Of a DNA stretch of 64,000 nucleotides, positions 39,168-47,079 are shown piece after piece. Source of the stretch: an uncultured delta proteobacterium (GTDB lineage: Bacteria > Bdellovibrionota > FAC87 > UBA2466); assembly GCA_963778115.1 (NCBI GenBank), contig CAVZSV010000004.1:1600001-1664000 (forward strand), in the 5' to 3' direction. The notes under the pieces are model-generated. The model was not told the DNA's origin. It did no database searches and saw only the letters and a list, made by a program, of their open reading frames with translations. The position numbers and the translations under genes are program-made. Every line of letters begins with the position of its first letter. Position 1 is the first letter of the stretch.

Positions 39168-41111
39168 ATGACAAAGTCCACCAATATTGAAACGATTCTT
39201 AAGGAAAACAGGCACTTCGATCCCCCGGCCGAATTTGCCAAGAATGCGGTATGGGGGGATATCCCCGCCTTTGAAAGACTCAGAGCTCAGTCGCTAGTGA
39301 CGCCAGAAAACTTTTGGGAAGGGGCTGCCGAAGATCTCCACTGGTTTCGTCGCTGGGATAAAGTGTTGGACTGGCAACCTCCCTACGCCAAATGGTTTGT
39401 AGGGGCCGAAACGAACGCTTCGTTTAACTGTCTCGATCGCCACCTTAAGGCTGGTAGAGCCGGAAAGACAGCGCTGATTTGGGAAGGCGAAGACGGAACG
39501 GTCGAACGCTGGACCTACCAGCAACTTCACGATGATGTCTGCCAACTTGCTCACGTGCTTGAAAAAAATCTGAATTTGAAAAAGGGCGATACCGCCGCAA
39601 TCTATCTTCCCTTAAATCCCCAAGCCATTATCGCAATGCTCGCTTGCGCCAGAATCGGGGTCACCCACAGCGTAATCTTTGCCGGCTTTGCAAGCCATGC
39701 GATCCGCGATCGGGTAAACGACGCTAAGTGCAAAGTTATTCTTACGACTGATATCGGTTACCGTCGTGGCCAGCATCTAGATCTTAAGACCATCGTTGAA
39801 ACCGCTGTGGCGGAAACTCCTTCTATAACGGCCGTTGTCGTCTACCGCAGAAAGCCAGAGACAACACTCTGTGGACTTCAGCTTGACTGGCGTAAACTTT
39901 GCGAAGGTCAGCCCAAGACTCACACAGCCGCAGCCCTCGATGCCGAGCATCCCCTTTTTTTGCTGTACACCAGTGGAACGACCGGAAAACCCAAGGGAAT
40001 CATCCACACTACCGGAGGATACTTGGTTCACGTCGCTCGCACCACCAAGTGGATCTTTGATCTTAAGGATAACGACATTTATTGGTGTACCGCGGACATT
40101 GGTTGGGTAACGGGTCACAGCTATATCGTCTACGGACCTCTGTCTCAAGGAGCCACCTGTGTCATCTACGAAGGGGCTCTTAATTACCCTGATGCCGGCA
40201 GAATTTGGGATGTTATCGACCGGCACAAAGTAACGATTCTCTATACCGCTCCTACCGCCATCCGCGCTTTTATGAGGGCGGGCGATGATATCCCCCGCAA
40301 ATATTGCTTGGCGTCGCTTCGCTTATTGGGATCCGTGGGAGAGCCCATTAATCCCGAAGCCTGGATGTGGTACCACCGCGAGATAGGCCACTCTGGCTGC
40401 CCCATCGTCGATACCTGGTGGCAAACCGAAACCGGAGGAATTCTCATAGCTCCGATTCCCGGAGTGACTCCACTTAAGCCGGGCTCAGCGACTCGTCCGT
40501 TTCCCGGGATTCAAGCCGATATCGTAAATGAAGAAGGAAAGAGTTGCGCGGCTGGGGAGGGGGGCTATCTCGTCATTAAGCACCCGTGGCCGGGAATGCT
40601 TAGAGGAATCCACGGAAATCCCGAACGCTACGAACAGAGTTACTGGTCAAAATATCCCGGAATCTATTTTACGGGGGACGGAGCCCATAAAGATGAAGAC
40701 GGATTTTTCTGGATTAAAGGACGCGTCGATGACGTGTTGAACGTTTCAGGACATCGATTGGGCACCATGGAAATAGAAAGTGCCTTAGTGAGCCATCCCG
40801 CAGTGGCCGAGGCCGCTGCTGTCGGTCGCCCCGACGATCTGAAAGGACAAGCGGTGGTAGTGTTCGTGATTCCAAAAGATGGCACGGACCTCACTGAGAC
40901 CGAAAAGCTAAGAGAAGTCTTAAAAAAGCATGTGGTGAGTGAAATCGGCGCTATTGCAAGACCGGACGAAGTCTTTTTAACGAAGTCCCTTCCTAAGACG
41001 AGAAGTGGGAAGATTATGAGGCGAATTTTGAAGGACTTGGCGGAGGGGAAAAAGATTTCGGGAGATACGACAACACTGGAAAATCCGGGGTTGGTGGAAA
41101 TTATTAAGTAG
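39168..41111 (+). CDS. acs: Acetyl-CoA synthetase
   Basis: YTSGTTGKPKG, VDTWWQTETGG, LPKTRSGKIMRR. Confidence 0.96.
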   Translation: MTKSTNIETILKENRHFDPPAEFAKNAVWGDIPAFERLRAQSLVTPENFWEGAAEDLHWFRRWDKVLDWQPPYAKWFVGAETNASFNCLDRHLKAGRAGKTALIWEGEDGTVERWTYQQLHDDVCQLAHVLEKNLNLKKGDTAAIYLPLNPQAIIAMLACARIGVTHSVIFAGFASHAIRDRVNDAKCKVILTTDIGYRRGQHLDLKTIVETAVAETPSITAVVVYRRKPETTLCGLQLDWRKLCEGQPKTHTAAALDAEHPLFLLYTSGTTGKPKGIIHTTGGYLVHVARTTKWIFDLKDNDIYWCTADIGWVTGHSYIVYGPLSQGATCVIYEGALNYPDAGRIWDVIDRHKVTILYTAPTAIRAFMRAGDDIPRKYCLASLRLLGSVGEPINPEAWMWYHREIGHSGCPIVDTWWQTETGGILIAPIPGVTPLKPGSATRPFPGIQADIVNEEGKSCAAGEGGYLVIKHPWPGMLRGIHGNPERYEQSYWSKYPGIYFTGDGAHKDEDGFFWIKGRVDDVLNVSGHRLGTMEIESALVSHPAVAEAAAVGRPDDLKGQAVVVFVIPKDGTDLTETEKLREVLKKHVVSEIGAIARPDEVFLTKSLPKTRSGKIMRRILKDLAEGKKISGDTTTLENPGLVEIIK

Positions 41112-41143
41112 TTTTTGTCGGGCTTCCAGCCCGACAAAAACTA
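41109..41143. terminator. Bidirectional intrinsic terminator between acs and dapL
   Basis: Perfect 16-bp inverted repeat TAGTTTTTGTCGGGCT-TCC-AGCCCGACAAAAACTA between convergent genes. Confidence 0.65.
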
Positions 41144-41182
41144 TCCTGAGCGAAGCGAAGGATCTCGTCCATGCAAGTCCGC

Positions 41183-42370
41183 TTACACCGTCTTCAGATA
41201 CCGCTCAAATTTCCCCATCGCCTCTTCAATCTGCTTCGGCGGTAAAGTGAGTGCCAGACGGAAGAACCCTTCGCCTTCCCTTCCAAAACCGGATCCCGGA
41301 GTGACGACAAGCCCTTCCTTAGCGATGAGTTCTTTGGTGAGATCCATCGACTTCATGCCCTTGGGCACCTTTGCCCAAACGAAAAAGGTTGCTTTGGGAG
41401 CCAAGTACTCAATTTTCAGATTATCCAAAATTTTGAGCATCACATCGCGCCTGTCGGCGTAGACCTTTCGCACTTCCGGAATTAACGATTCCGCATTATC
41501 AAGCGCAAATGCTCCCGCCTCTTGAACGCTAAGCAAAGGACCAGAGTCCACATTGGTTTTGATCTTGAGCAGTCCCGACACCAGCTCGGGGTTTCCGACG
41601 GCAAAACCGATACGCCAGCCGGTCATATTGAACGTCTTTGACAGTGAGTGAAATTCGATCGCGGTATCTTTGGCGCCGCCGCACTCCAAAATGCTAGCGG
41701 GCTTGTCTTCTTCTTTGTAATAGATTTCGCTATAAGCGTTGTCGTAGGCCAAAATAACTTTGTGCTTTTTAGCCAAATAAACTATCTCGGCCAAAACATC
41801 TCGCGGACAGGTCGCCGAGGTCGGGTTGGCCGGAAAATTTAGCAACATATACCGAGGCTGGTGCACGACTAGCAACTCTTCCAGTCGATTGAGATCGGGA
41901 ACGAAATTTTTCTCAGCACTTAGCGGAATCGCTACTGCAGTGGCCCCCGCGAGCAAAATAGAGGTCTGAAAAACCGGATATCCCGGGGACGGATAGAGGG
42001 CTTTATCTCCGGGGTTACAGAACGCCAGAGGGAAATGGCCGATGCCTTCTTTCGAACCAATGAGCGCCACCACTTCTTTATCGGGATCCACCGTCACGCC
42101 AAAACGACGTTGCATGTAGTTTGCAGCGGCCACACGAAATAACGAAGAGCCTTCATAGGGAGAATACAGATGGTTCTCACCGCGAGAGATGGCCTCTTTC
42201 ATCTTTTCCACGATGGGCTTAGGAGTCGGTTGATCGGGATCTCCAATCGCAAGACTCATTAAACTCATTCCTCGCTTCTGCGCTTGCGCTTTAAGTATAT
42301 TGATCTCTGCGAACACGTAGGTGGGCAAATTCTTCACCCGGTTCGACAGTTGAATGAAATTAGAATTCAT
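41183..42370 (-). CDS. dapL: LL-diaminopimelate aminotransferase (class I/II PLP enzyme)
   Basis: LIGSKEGI, DNAYSE, SLSKTFNMTGWRIG. Last gene of a dap operon. Confidence 0.8.
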   Translation of the reverse strand: MNSNFIQLSNRVKNLPTYVFAEINILKAQAQKRGMSLMSLAIGDPDQPTPKPIVEKMKEAISRGENHLYSPYEGSSLFRVAAANYMQRRFGVTVDPDKEVVALIGSKEGIGHFPLAFCNPGDKALYPSPGYPVFQTSILLAGATAVAIPLSAEKNFVPDLNRLEELLVVHQPRYMLLNFPANPTSATCPRDVLAEIVYLAKKHKVILAYDNAYSEIYYKEEDKPASILECGGAKDTAIEFHSLSKTFNMTGWRIGFAVGNPELVSGLLKIKTNVDSGPLLSVQEAGAFALDNAESLIPEVRKVYADRRDVMLKILDNLKIEYLAPKATFFVWAKVPKGMKSMDLTKELIAKEGLVVTPGSGFGREGEGFFRLALTLPPKQIEEAMGKFERYLKTV

Positions 42371-43092
42371 GGTCGATAGACCTCCTCCATGGAGTACATG
42401 CGAGCACTCGTTTGCTTAACCAAAAAGGCAGCGGCAAGGATAGCCCCTCGAGCAAAAGCCGCGCGATCAAAGACTTTGTGCTTAATCTCTATTTCCTCTT
42501 CATCCGATATCCAGCGGATCGAGTGTAACCCGATATTAGATCCGGCCCGTACCGCATTGACGTGGACCTGAGTAAAATGCTTTTCCGCCAGAAGCTTGAG
42601 CAGCGTCTTGGCCGTACCGCTTGGAGAATCTTTCTTATGCCGGTGGTGTTCGTCAAACAATTCCACGCTATTCACCCAAGACATCTTTTCGGCGACCGGT
42701 AACGATCGCAACATAGAAAAAACCACGTTCATTCCGGGACCCGTATTTGCCGATAACAGTACCGGATGCCGTGCCGAATATTCTTCAATCCGCTTAAGGT
42801 GAGCGTCCGTAAAACCCGTCGTACCTATTACCACCGGAGTGTCGATGGTCTCCAAAAGTGCCATCGTTCCCTCGGGGCGACTAAAATCTATCCAGGCGTG
42901 CACAGGCTCGCGCTTTGGCTCGGTCACTTTCCTTACTTGCACTCCTTCAACACTGCGGATTTGACAGGACTGGCTGACGGCGTCGGAGAGTTCAAACAGA
43001 TCTCCTTTATACGAAAACTCTTTCGACAAAAGGGTTGCTATCTCTAGGCCTGTCTTCCCCGTAGCTCCCATCAATCCGATTTTGTAGATCAC
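42367..43092 (-). CDS. dapB: 4-hydroxy-tetrahydrodipicolinate reductase
   Basis: GATGKTG, IDFS, VIGTTG, EHHRHKKDSPSGTA, FARGA. Confidence 0.92.
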   Translation of the reverse strand: MIYKIGLMGATGKTGLEIATLLSKEFSYKGDLFELSDAVSQSCQIRSVEGVQVRKVTEPKREPVHAWIDFSRPEGTMALLETIDTPVVIGTTGFTDAHLKRIEEYSARHPVLLSANTGPGMNVVFSMLRSLPVAEKMSWVNSVELFDEHHRHKKDSPSGTAKTLLKLLAEKHFTQVHVNAVRAGSNIGLHSIRWISDEEEIEIKHKVFDRAAFARGAILAAAFLVKQTSARMYSMEEVYRP

Positions 43093-43985
43093 GATTTCAC
43101 TAGCTCCAGCTGTTTTAAGACCTCCGCTACCCGCTTCTGAGTCGGTTCGGTCGCATTAAGAAGGGGTAATCGAACATTTCGCTCCATCAGCCCCATCAGC
43201 TCTAAAGCATATTTTGCGGGTGAGGGATTGGTCTCCATGAACATGGCGTCGATAAGCGGTAACAACCGCTTCTGTCCGTCAAACGCCTTCTTCCAGTCTC
43301 CTTTTGAGGCTGCCGCAAAGATCTCAACGAATCGGCCAGGCGCCACATTCGCCGTAGCAGATATCGTCCCAGAGCCTCCCATGGCGAGTGTTGTCGCAAA
43401 AGCATCATCGTCACCCGCCATAAGTGCCGTGCGATCCAGATTTAAGCGCGACGCCAAAGTTAACCACTGGTGATGGACGCCACTAGCCTCTTTTATTCCA
43501 ATGATACGTTCGTGTTGGCAAAGTGTCTCCACCGTCGTGGTGTTTAAATTAACCGCCGTACGTCCCGGAACATTGTAAAGAAAGATAGGGATTTCCGAAG
43601 CCTCTGCAATCGCTTCATAGTGAGCGATAAGGCCCGCTTGAGTCGGTTTATTATAATAAGGAGTCGCCACTAAGACGGCATCGCATCCCAAAGTGGCCGC
43701 TTCCGATACCAATTGAATGACCGCCGGAGTCGAGTTTCCACTACACCCCCCTATTACTTTTAACTTGTGGCGATCGGCTACTTGCCTAGCGAGCATTAGA
43801 AGACGCTTTCGCTCATCGGCGAGTACGGTGGGAGACTCCCCTGTCGTCGCAACGGGAACAAACCCGTGAACTCCTTCGCTGGCCAGAAATTCCAAATGTT
43901 TTTCAAAGGCTGAAAAGCAGACCGCCCCTTTGCTATCGAAAGGAGTCACTGTGGCCGGGTAAATACCTTTCCAAGTGGTATTCAT
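43089..43985 (-). CDS. dapA: 4-hydroxy-tetrahydrodipicolinate synthase
   Basis: TTGES, PYYNKP, LYNVPGRT, GIKEA, NPSPAK. Confidence 0.94.
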   Translation of the reverse strand: MNTTWKGIYPATVTPFDSKGAVCFSAFEKHLEFLASEGVHGFVPVATTGESPTVLADERKRLLMLARQVADRHKLKVIGGCSGNSTPAVIQLVSEAATLGCDAVLVATPYYNKPTQAGLIAHYEAIAEASEIPIFLYNVPGRTAVNLNTTTVETLCQHERIIGIKEASGVHHQWLTLASRLNLDRTALMAGDDDAFATTLAMGGSGTISATANVAPGRFVEIFAAASKGDWKKAFDGQKRLLPLIDAMFMETNPSPAKYALELMGLMERNVRLPLLNATEPTQKRVAEVLKQLELVKS

Positions 43986-44845
43986 AGGGCAGCTCCTTCA
44001 AAGGGTTTTCGAGATACAAAATCGTCGGGAATGTCTTCGAGTCGCACGTGAAAGGCGTAATCGGTAGGTCCTTTCAAGAGTAGCTTTTTGACCGTCGGGC
44101 TGAGATCAACATGAAGATCTCCTCCAGGGACTGAGACCAAGATAGGTAGCGGTTGCATGTAGAGTTGTGAATACACCAAAGCTGCCGCAGCCGCCCCTGT
44201 TCCACAGGCCAGGGTCTCTTTTTCTACTCCACGTTCAAAAGTCGTCGCCAAAATTTGCTGGCCCATATTGCCTTGAAAGAAAGTAACGTTGGTTCCTTCG
44301 GGCGCGAAAGCGGCATGACCCACCAAGAATTTTCCGACTTTGGTAATGGGGTACTTTCGGATATCGGTGACTTCCAAAACGGCATGAGGGACGCCCGTAT
44401 CGATACAGTACAATCGAAGGGCTGTGTCGTCCATTTTGATAATCTTTTCCCAGAAGTCTATCCGTTTGAGTCCCTCTTCAATGAGAGTGATCTCTACCTG
44501 TCCGTCATCCCCCATCGGGCGTCCCTTGATGACCCCTACTTTCGTTTCAATGGTGATCACATCTTCCAAAGGAAAGTACTTATCGGCCAAAAATCTAACC
44601 ACGCATCGAGCGGCGTTCCCACACATCCCCGCTTCCGACCCGTCACAATTAAAGAATCTCCACTCGCAATGCTTCCCGCGCCCTTTGGCCAAGACCACTA
44701 GGCCATCGGCCCCAAGACCAAAATTTCTATCGCACAAGTAGACGATCTCTTCTTTCTTGAGCGGGATAAAGCCATCTTCTTTCATGCAATCCAGCAGCAG
44801 AAAGTCATTGCCGGCGCCATTCATTTTGAAGAAAGAGAGCGACAT
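43982..44845 (-). CDS. dapF: Diaminopimelate epimerase
   Basis: KMNGAGNDF, MCGNAARC, ERGVEKETLACGTGA. Confidence 0.95.
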   Translation of the reverse strand: MSLSFFKMNGAGNDFLLLDCMKEDGFIPLKKEEIVYLCDRNFGLGADGLVVLAKGRGKHCEWRFFNCDGSEAGMCGNAARCVVRFLADKYFPLEDVITIETKVGVIKGRPMGDDGQVEITLIEEGLKRIDFWEKIIKMDDTALRLYCIDTGVPHAVLEVTDIRKYPITKVGKFLVGHAAFAPEGTNVTFFQGNMGQQILATTFERGVEKETLACGTGAAAAALVYSQLYMQPLPILVSVPGGDLHVDLSPTVKKLLLKGPTDYAFHVRLEDIPDDFVSRKPFEGAAL

Positions 44846-45099
44846 TATTTTCCCCCATTAGCGTCCAGTGCATCCTCTTTCGACGGGGATGACGGATTGT
44901 GAGTAGATGAAGATTCGATTACGGGGGGAGACGTTTCCGTTTGCGGCGCACGTTGAGAAACGGGTCTTGTAGGATAAGCATCGACGTAGGGCACCGGATC
45001 CCCCTTAACCCCGCACCCTACCATTCCTAAGAGCGAAGTCATTGCGCCGATAATCATATAGTTGAAGTAGTTCCGCAGTCTATGTAGGCAGCCCGTCAT
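44845..45099 (-). CDS. Small lipoprotein, LptM/YifL-like
   Basis: MVG-CGVKGDP matches the CGxKGxL/P pattern. Directly upstream of dapF, as yifL is in E. coli. Confidence 0.65.
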   Translation of the reverse strand: MTGCLHRLRNYFNYMIIGAMTSLLGMVGCGVKGDPVPYVDAYPTRPVSQRAPQTETSPPVIESSSTHNPSSPSKEDALDANGGK

Positions 45100-45163
45100 C
45101 TATGCCCTCAAGTATCATCTAGGCAAAAACGGCGCAAGATGCTCAAAATATTGGGCCGAATCT

Positions 45164-46372
45164 CTAACGTGCCAAGCGGGTAATAACTTCGACTACTTGG
45201 TTGATTCCGTGACGCAAAAGCTCCTCCTCGATAACCAACGGAGGGGCGATTCTAATGACGTGATCGTGGGTCTCTTTACAAAGCACCCCAACTCTAGCTA
45301 AAGCCTCACAAAAGCGCCTAGCCCCTCCTAGAGACGGGTCTAATTCAATTCCAATGAGGAAACCACTACCCCGAACCTCCCGAACTTTCGGAAGTTTCTC
45401 ACGCTTTAGCGCTTCTAAAGCGAGGTCCCCTAGCACTTGGGCCCTATCCGAGAATTTGCCCTCCCGCAAAAGGTGAAGCACGGACCTTCCCACGGCAGCG
45501 GCAAGAGGATTACCCCCGAAAGTAGAGCCGTGCTGTCCCGGACGAATAACGTCCATCACTTGATGGGTCGAAACCATCGCCGAAACGGGGAGCAACCCTC
45601 CTCCTAACGATTTACCTAGGATAAGCACATCGGGAGTGATGCCTTCGTGCTGGAAACAGAAGTCCTTTCCGGTTCTCCCCATTCCCGTTTGAATTTCGTC
45701 GAGAATGAGCAAAATACCGCGTTGCGTACACAGTTCACGGAGCTTCTTGAGATAGCCCGCAGGGGGGATAAGAATTCCGGCCTCGGCCTGAACGGGTTCG
45801 ACCAACACGCCGACAGTGTCCTCGTCAATGGCTTCCTCTACGGCGTCAATATCCCCAAAACGGACGACTTCGAATCCGGAGACAAAAGGACCAAACCCAT
45901 TCTTGTAGGTCGGCTCGGTCGAAAAGGACACGATGGCGATCGATCTCCCGTGAAACGAGTTTTCCATTACGATTATCTTGGCTCGATTTTCAGGAATTCG
46001 TTTTTTTTCGTAGCCCCATTTTCTAGTGATCTTAAGCGCCGTTTCCACGGCTTCCGTTCCGCTATTCATCGCGAGCACCGTTTCTAAACCACAGAATTCA
46101 GCTAACTCCTTGGAGAAAAACGCCAGCTCCTCACTATAAAATGCTCTCGAACACACCGCGAGCCGCTTCAATTGCGATTCCATCGCTCTGACGATAGCCG
46201 GATGTTGGTGCCCGAAATTTAATGCCGAGTAACAAGAGAGAAAATCCAGATACTCTTTGCCGTCCAGATCCCAAACCTTGGCCCCTTCGCCCCTGGTCAA
46301 AACCACGTCGAGAGGATGGTAGTTATGGGCGCCATACCGTTCCATCATCTGAATTAATTCTTTTGAGTTCAT
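45164..46372 (-). CDS. rocD: Ornithine--oxo-acid transaminase
   Basis: YGAHNYHPL, DEIQTG, LGKSLGGG, GQHGSTFGGNPLA, LCKETH. Confidence 0.93.
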   Translation of the reverse strand: MNSKELIQMMERYGAHNYHPLDVVLTRGEGAKVWDLDGKEYLDFLSCYSALNFGHQHPAIVRAMESQLKRLAVCSRAFYSEELAFFSKELAEFCGLETVLAMNSGTEAVETALKITRKWGYEKKRIPENRAKIIVMENSFHGRSIAIVSFSTEPTYKNGFGPFVSGFEVVRFGDIDAVEEAIDEDTVGVLVEPVQAEAGILIPPAGYLKKLRELCTQRGILLILDEIQTGMGRTGKDFCFQHEGITPDVLILGKSLGGGLLPVSAMVSTHQVMDVIRPGQHGSTFGGNPLAAAVGRSVLHLLREGKFSDRAQVLGDLALEALKREKLPKVREVRGSGFLIGIELDPSLGGARRFCEALARVGVLCKETHDHVIRIAPPLVIEEELLRHGINQVVEVITRLAR

Positions 46373-46444
46373 GGGAGGTTATTATCGCAAAACGGGGGTG
46401 TTGGCGAGGGCTTCACTCTAACCCCCGTCCAAAGGACGCTCTTG

Positions 46445-46474
46445 TTAGGGACTAATCTTAAGATTTATCCCTAA
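46445..46474. promoter_or_regulatory. 30-bp loopless palindrome (operator-like)
   Basis: TTAGGGACTAATCTTAAGATTTATCCCTAA, with 13 of 15 positions paired, between divergent genes. Confidence 0.45.
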
Positions 46475-46515
46475 TCCTCATTGATTTTCTTTTAAACCAA
46501 TGTGATGACTCCGCC

Positions 46516-47079
46516 ATGGGTTTTTACCTAGAATTACGCAAAGCAGTTGTCGATGGCTCTATCGAATTTCGGGAGCAGGTCCCGCCCCCGGTTTTTTGGT
46601 TACTTTATTTCGTCGCAGGATTTGCATTAGTTTGCATGGGAGCGGCCGCCTATGCCCTCTTGGGGGACCTCGTCCGATCGGGGTCCTTTTGGGATGTCTT
46701 GATCGTGGCCGTCATTCTATCGGCGGTTCCTCTTTATCTATTGCTGGGATTGAAACTAATGAGTCTTCGCAAAAAGGTCTTGTTCACTGACGATAAGATC
46801 ACTTGTGGATTCCAATGGCGAAAGCGGCTTTTTTTTCGAGTCGAAGTGCCTCATTCAGATGCCCGTGAAGTGGTAATACTTAATCAACGTCCCGCTCCCA
46901 ACGTGGCCCCTAGCCATCACGATGACAGGCAATATTACATCAGAGGACACTGGCGAGTCGGCATTCAATTAAAGAATGGCAAGACCGTTATTCTGGACAG
47001 ACATACGGAGAAAGAGGCTTTGGAACCTCTGCGGCTTCAATTGGAAAATTGGATTACCGGTGCTTATCGTCGGGATTAA
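46516..47079 (+). CDS. Hypothetical two-TM membrane protein with soluble C-terminal domain
   Basis: ORF with two hydrophobic helices followed by a beta-rich domain. Confidence 0.7.
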   Translation: MGFYLELRKAVVDGSIEFREQVPPPVFWLLYFVAGFALVCMGAAAYALLGDLVRSGSFWDVLIVAVILSAVPLYLLLGLKLMSLRKKVLFTDDKITCGFQWRKRLFFRVEVPHSDAREVVILNQRPAPNVAPSHHDDRQYYIRGHWRVGIQLKNGKTVILDRHTEKEALEPLRLQLENWITGAYRRD

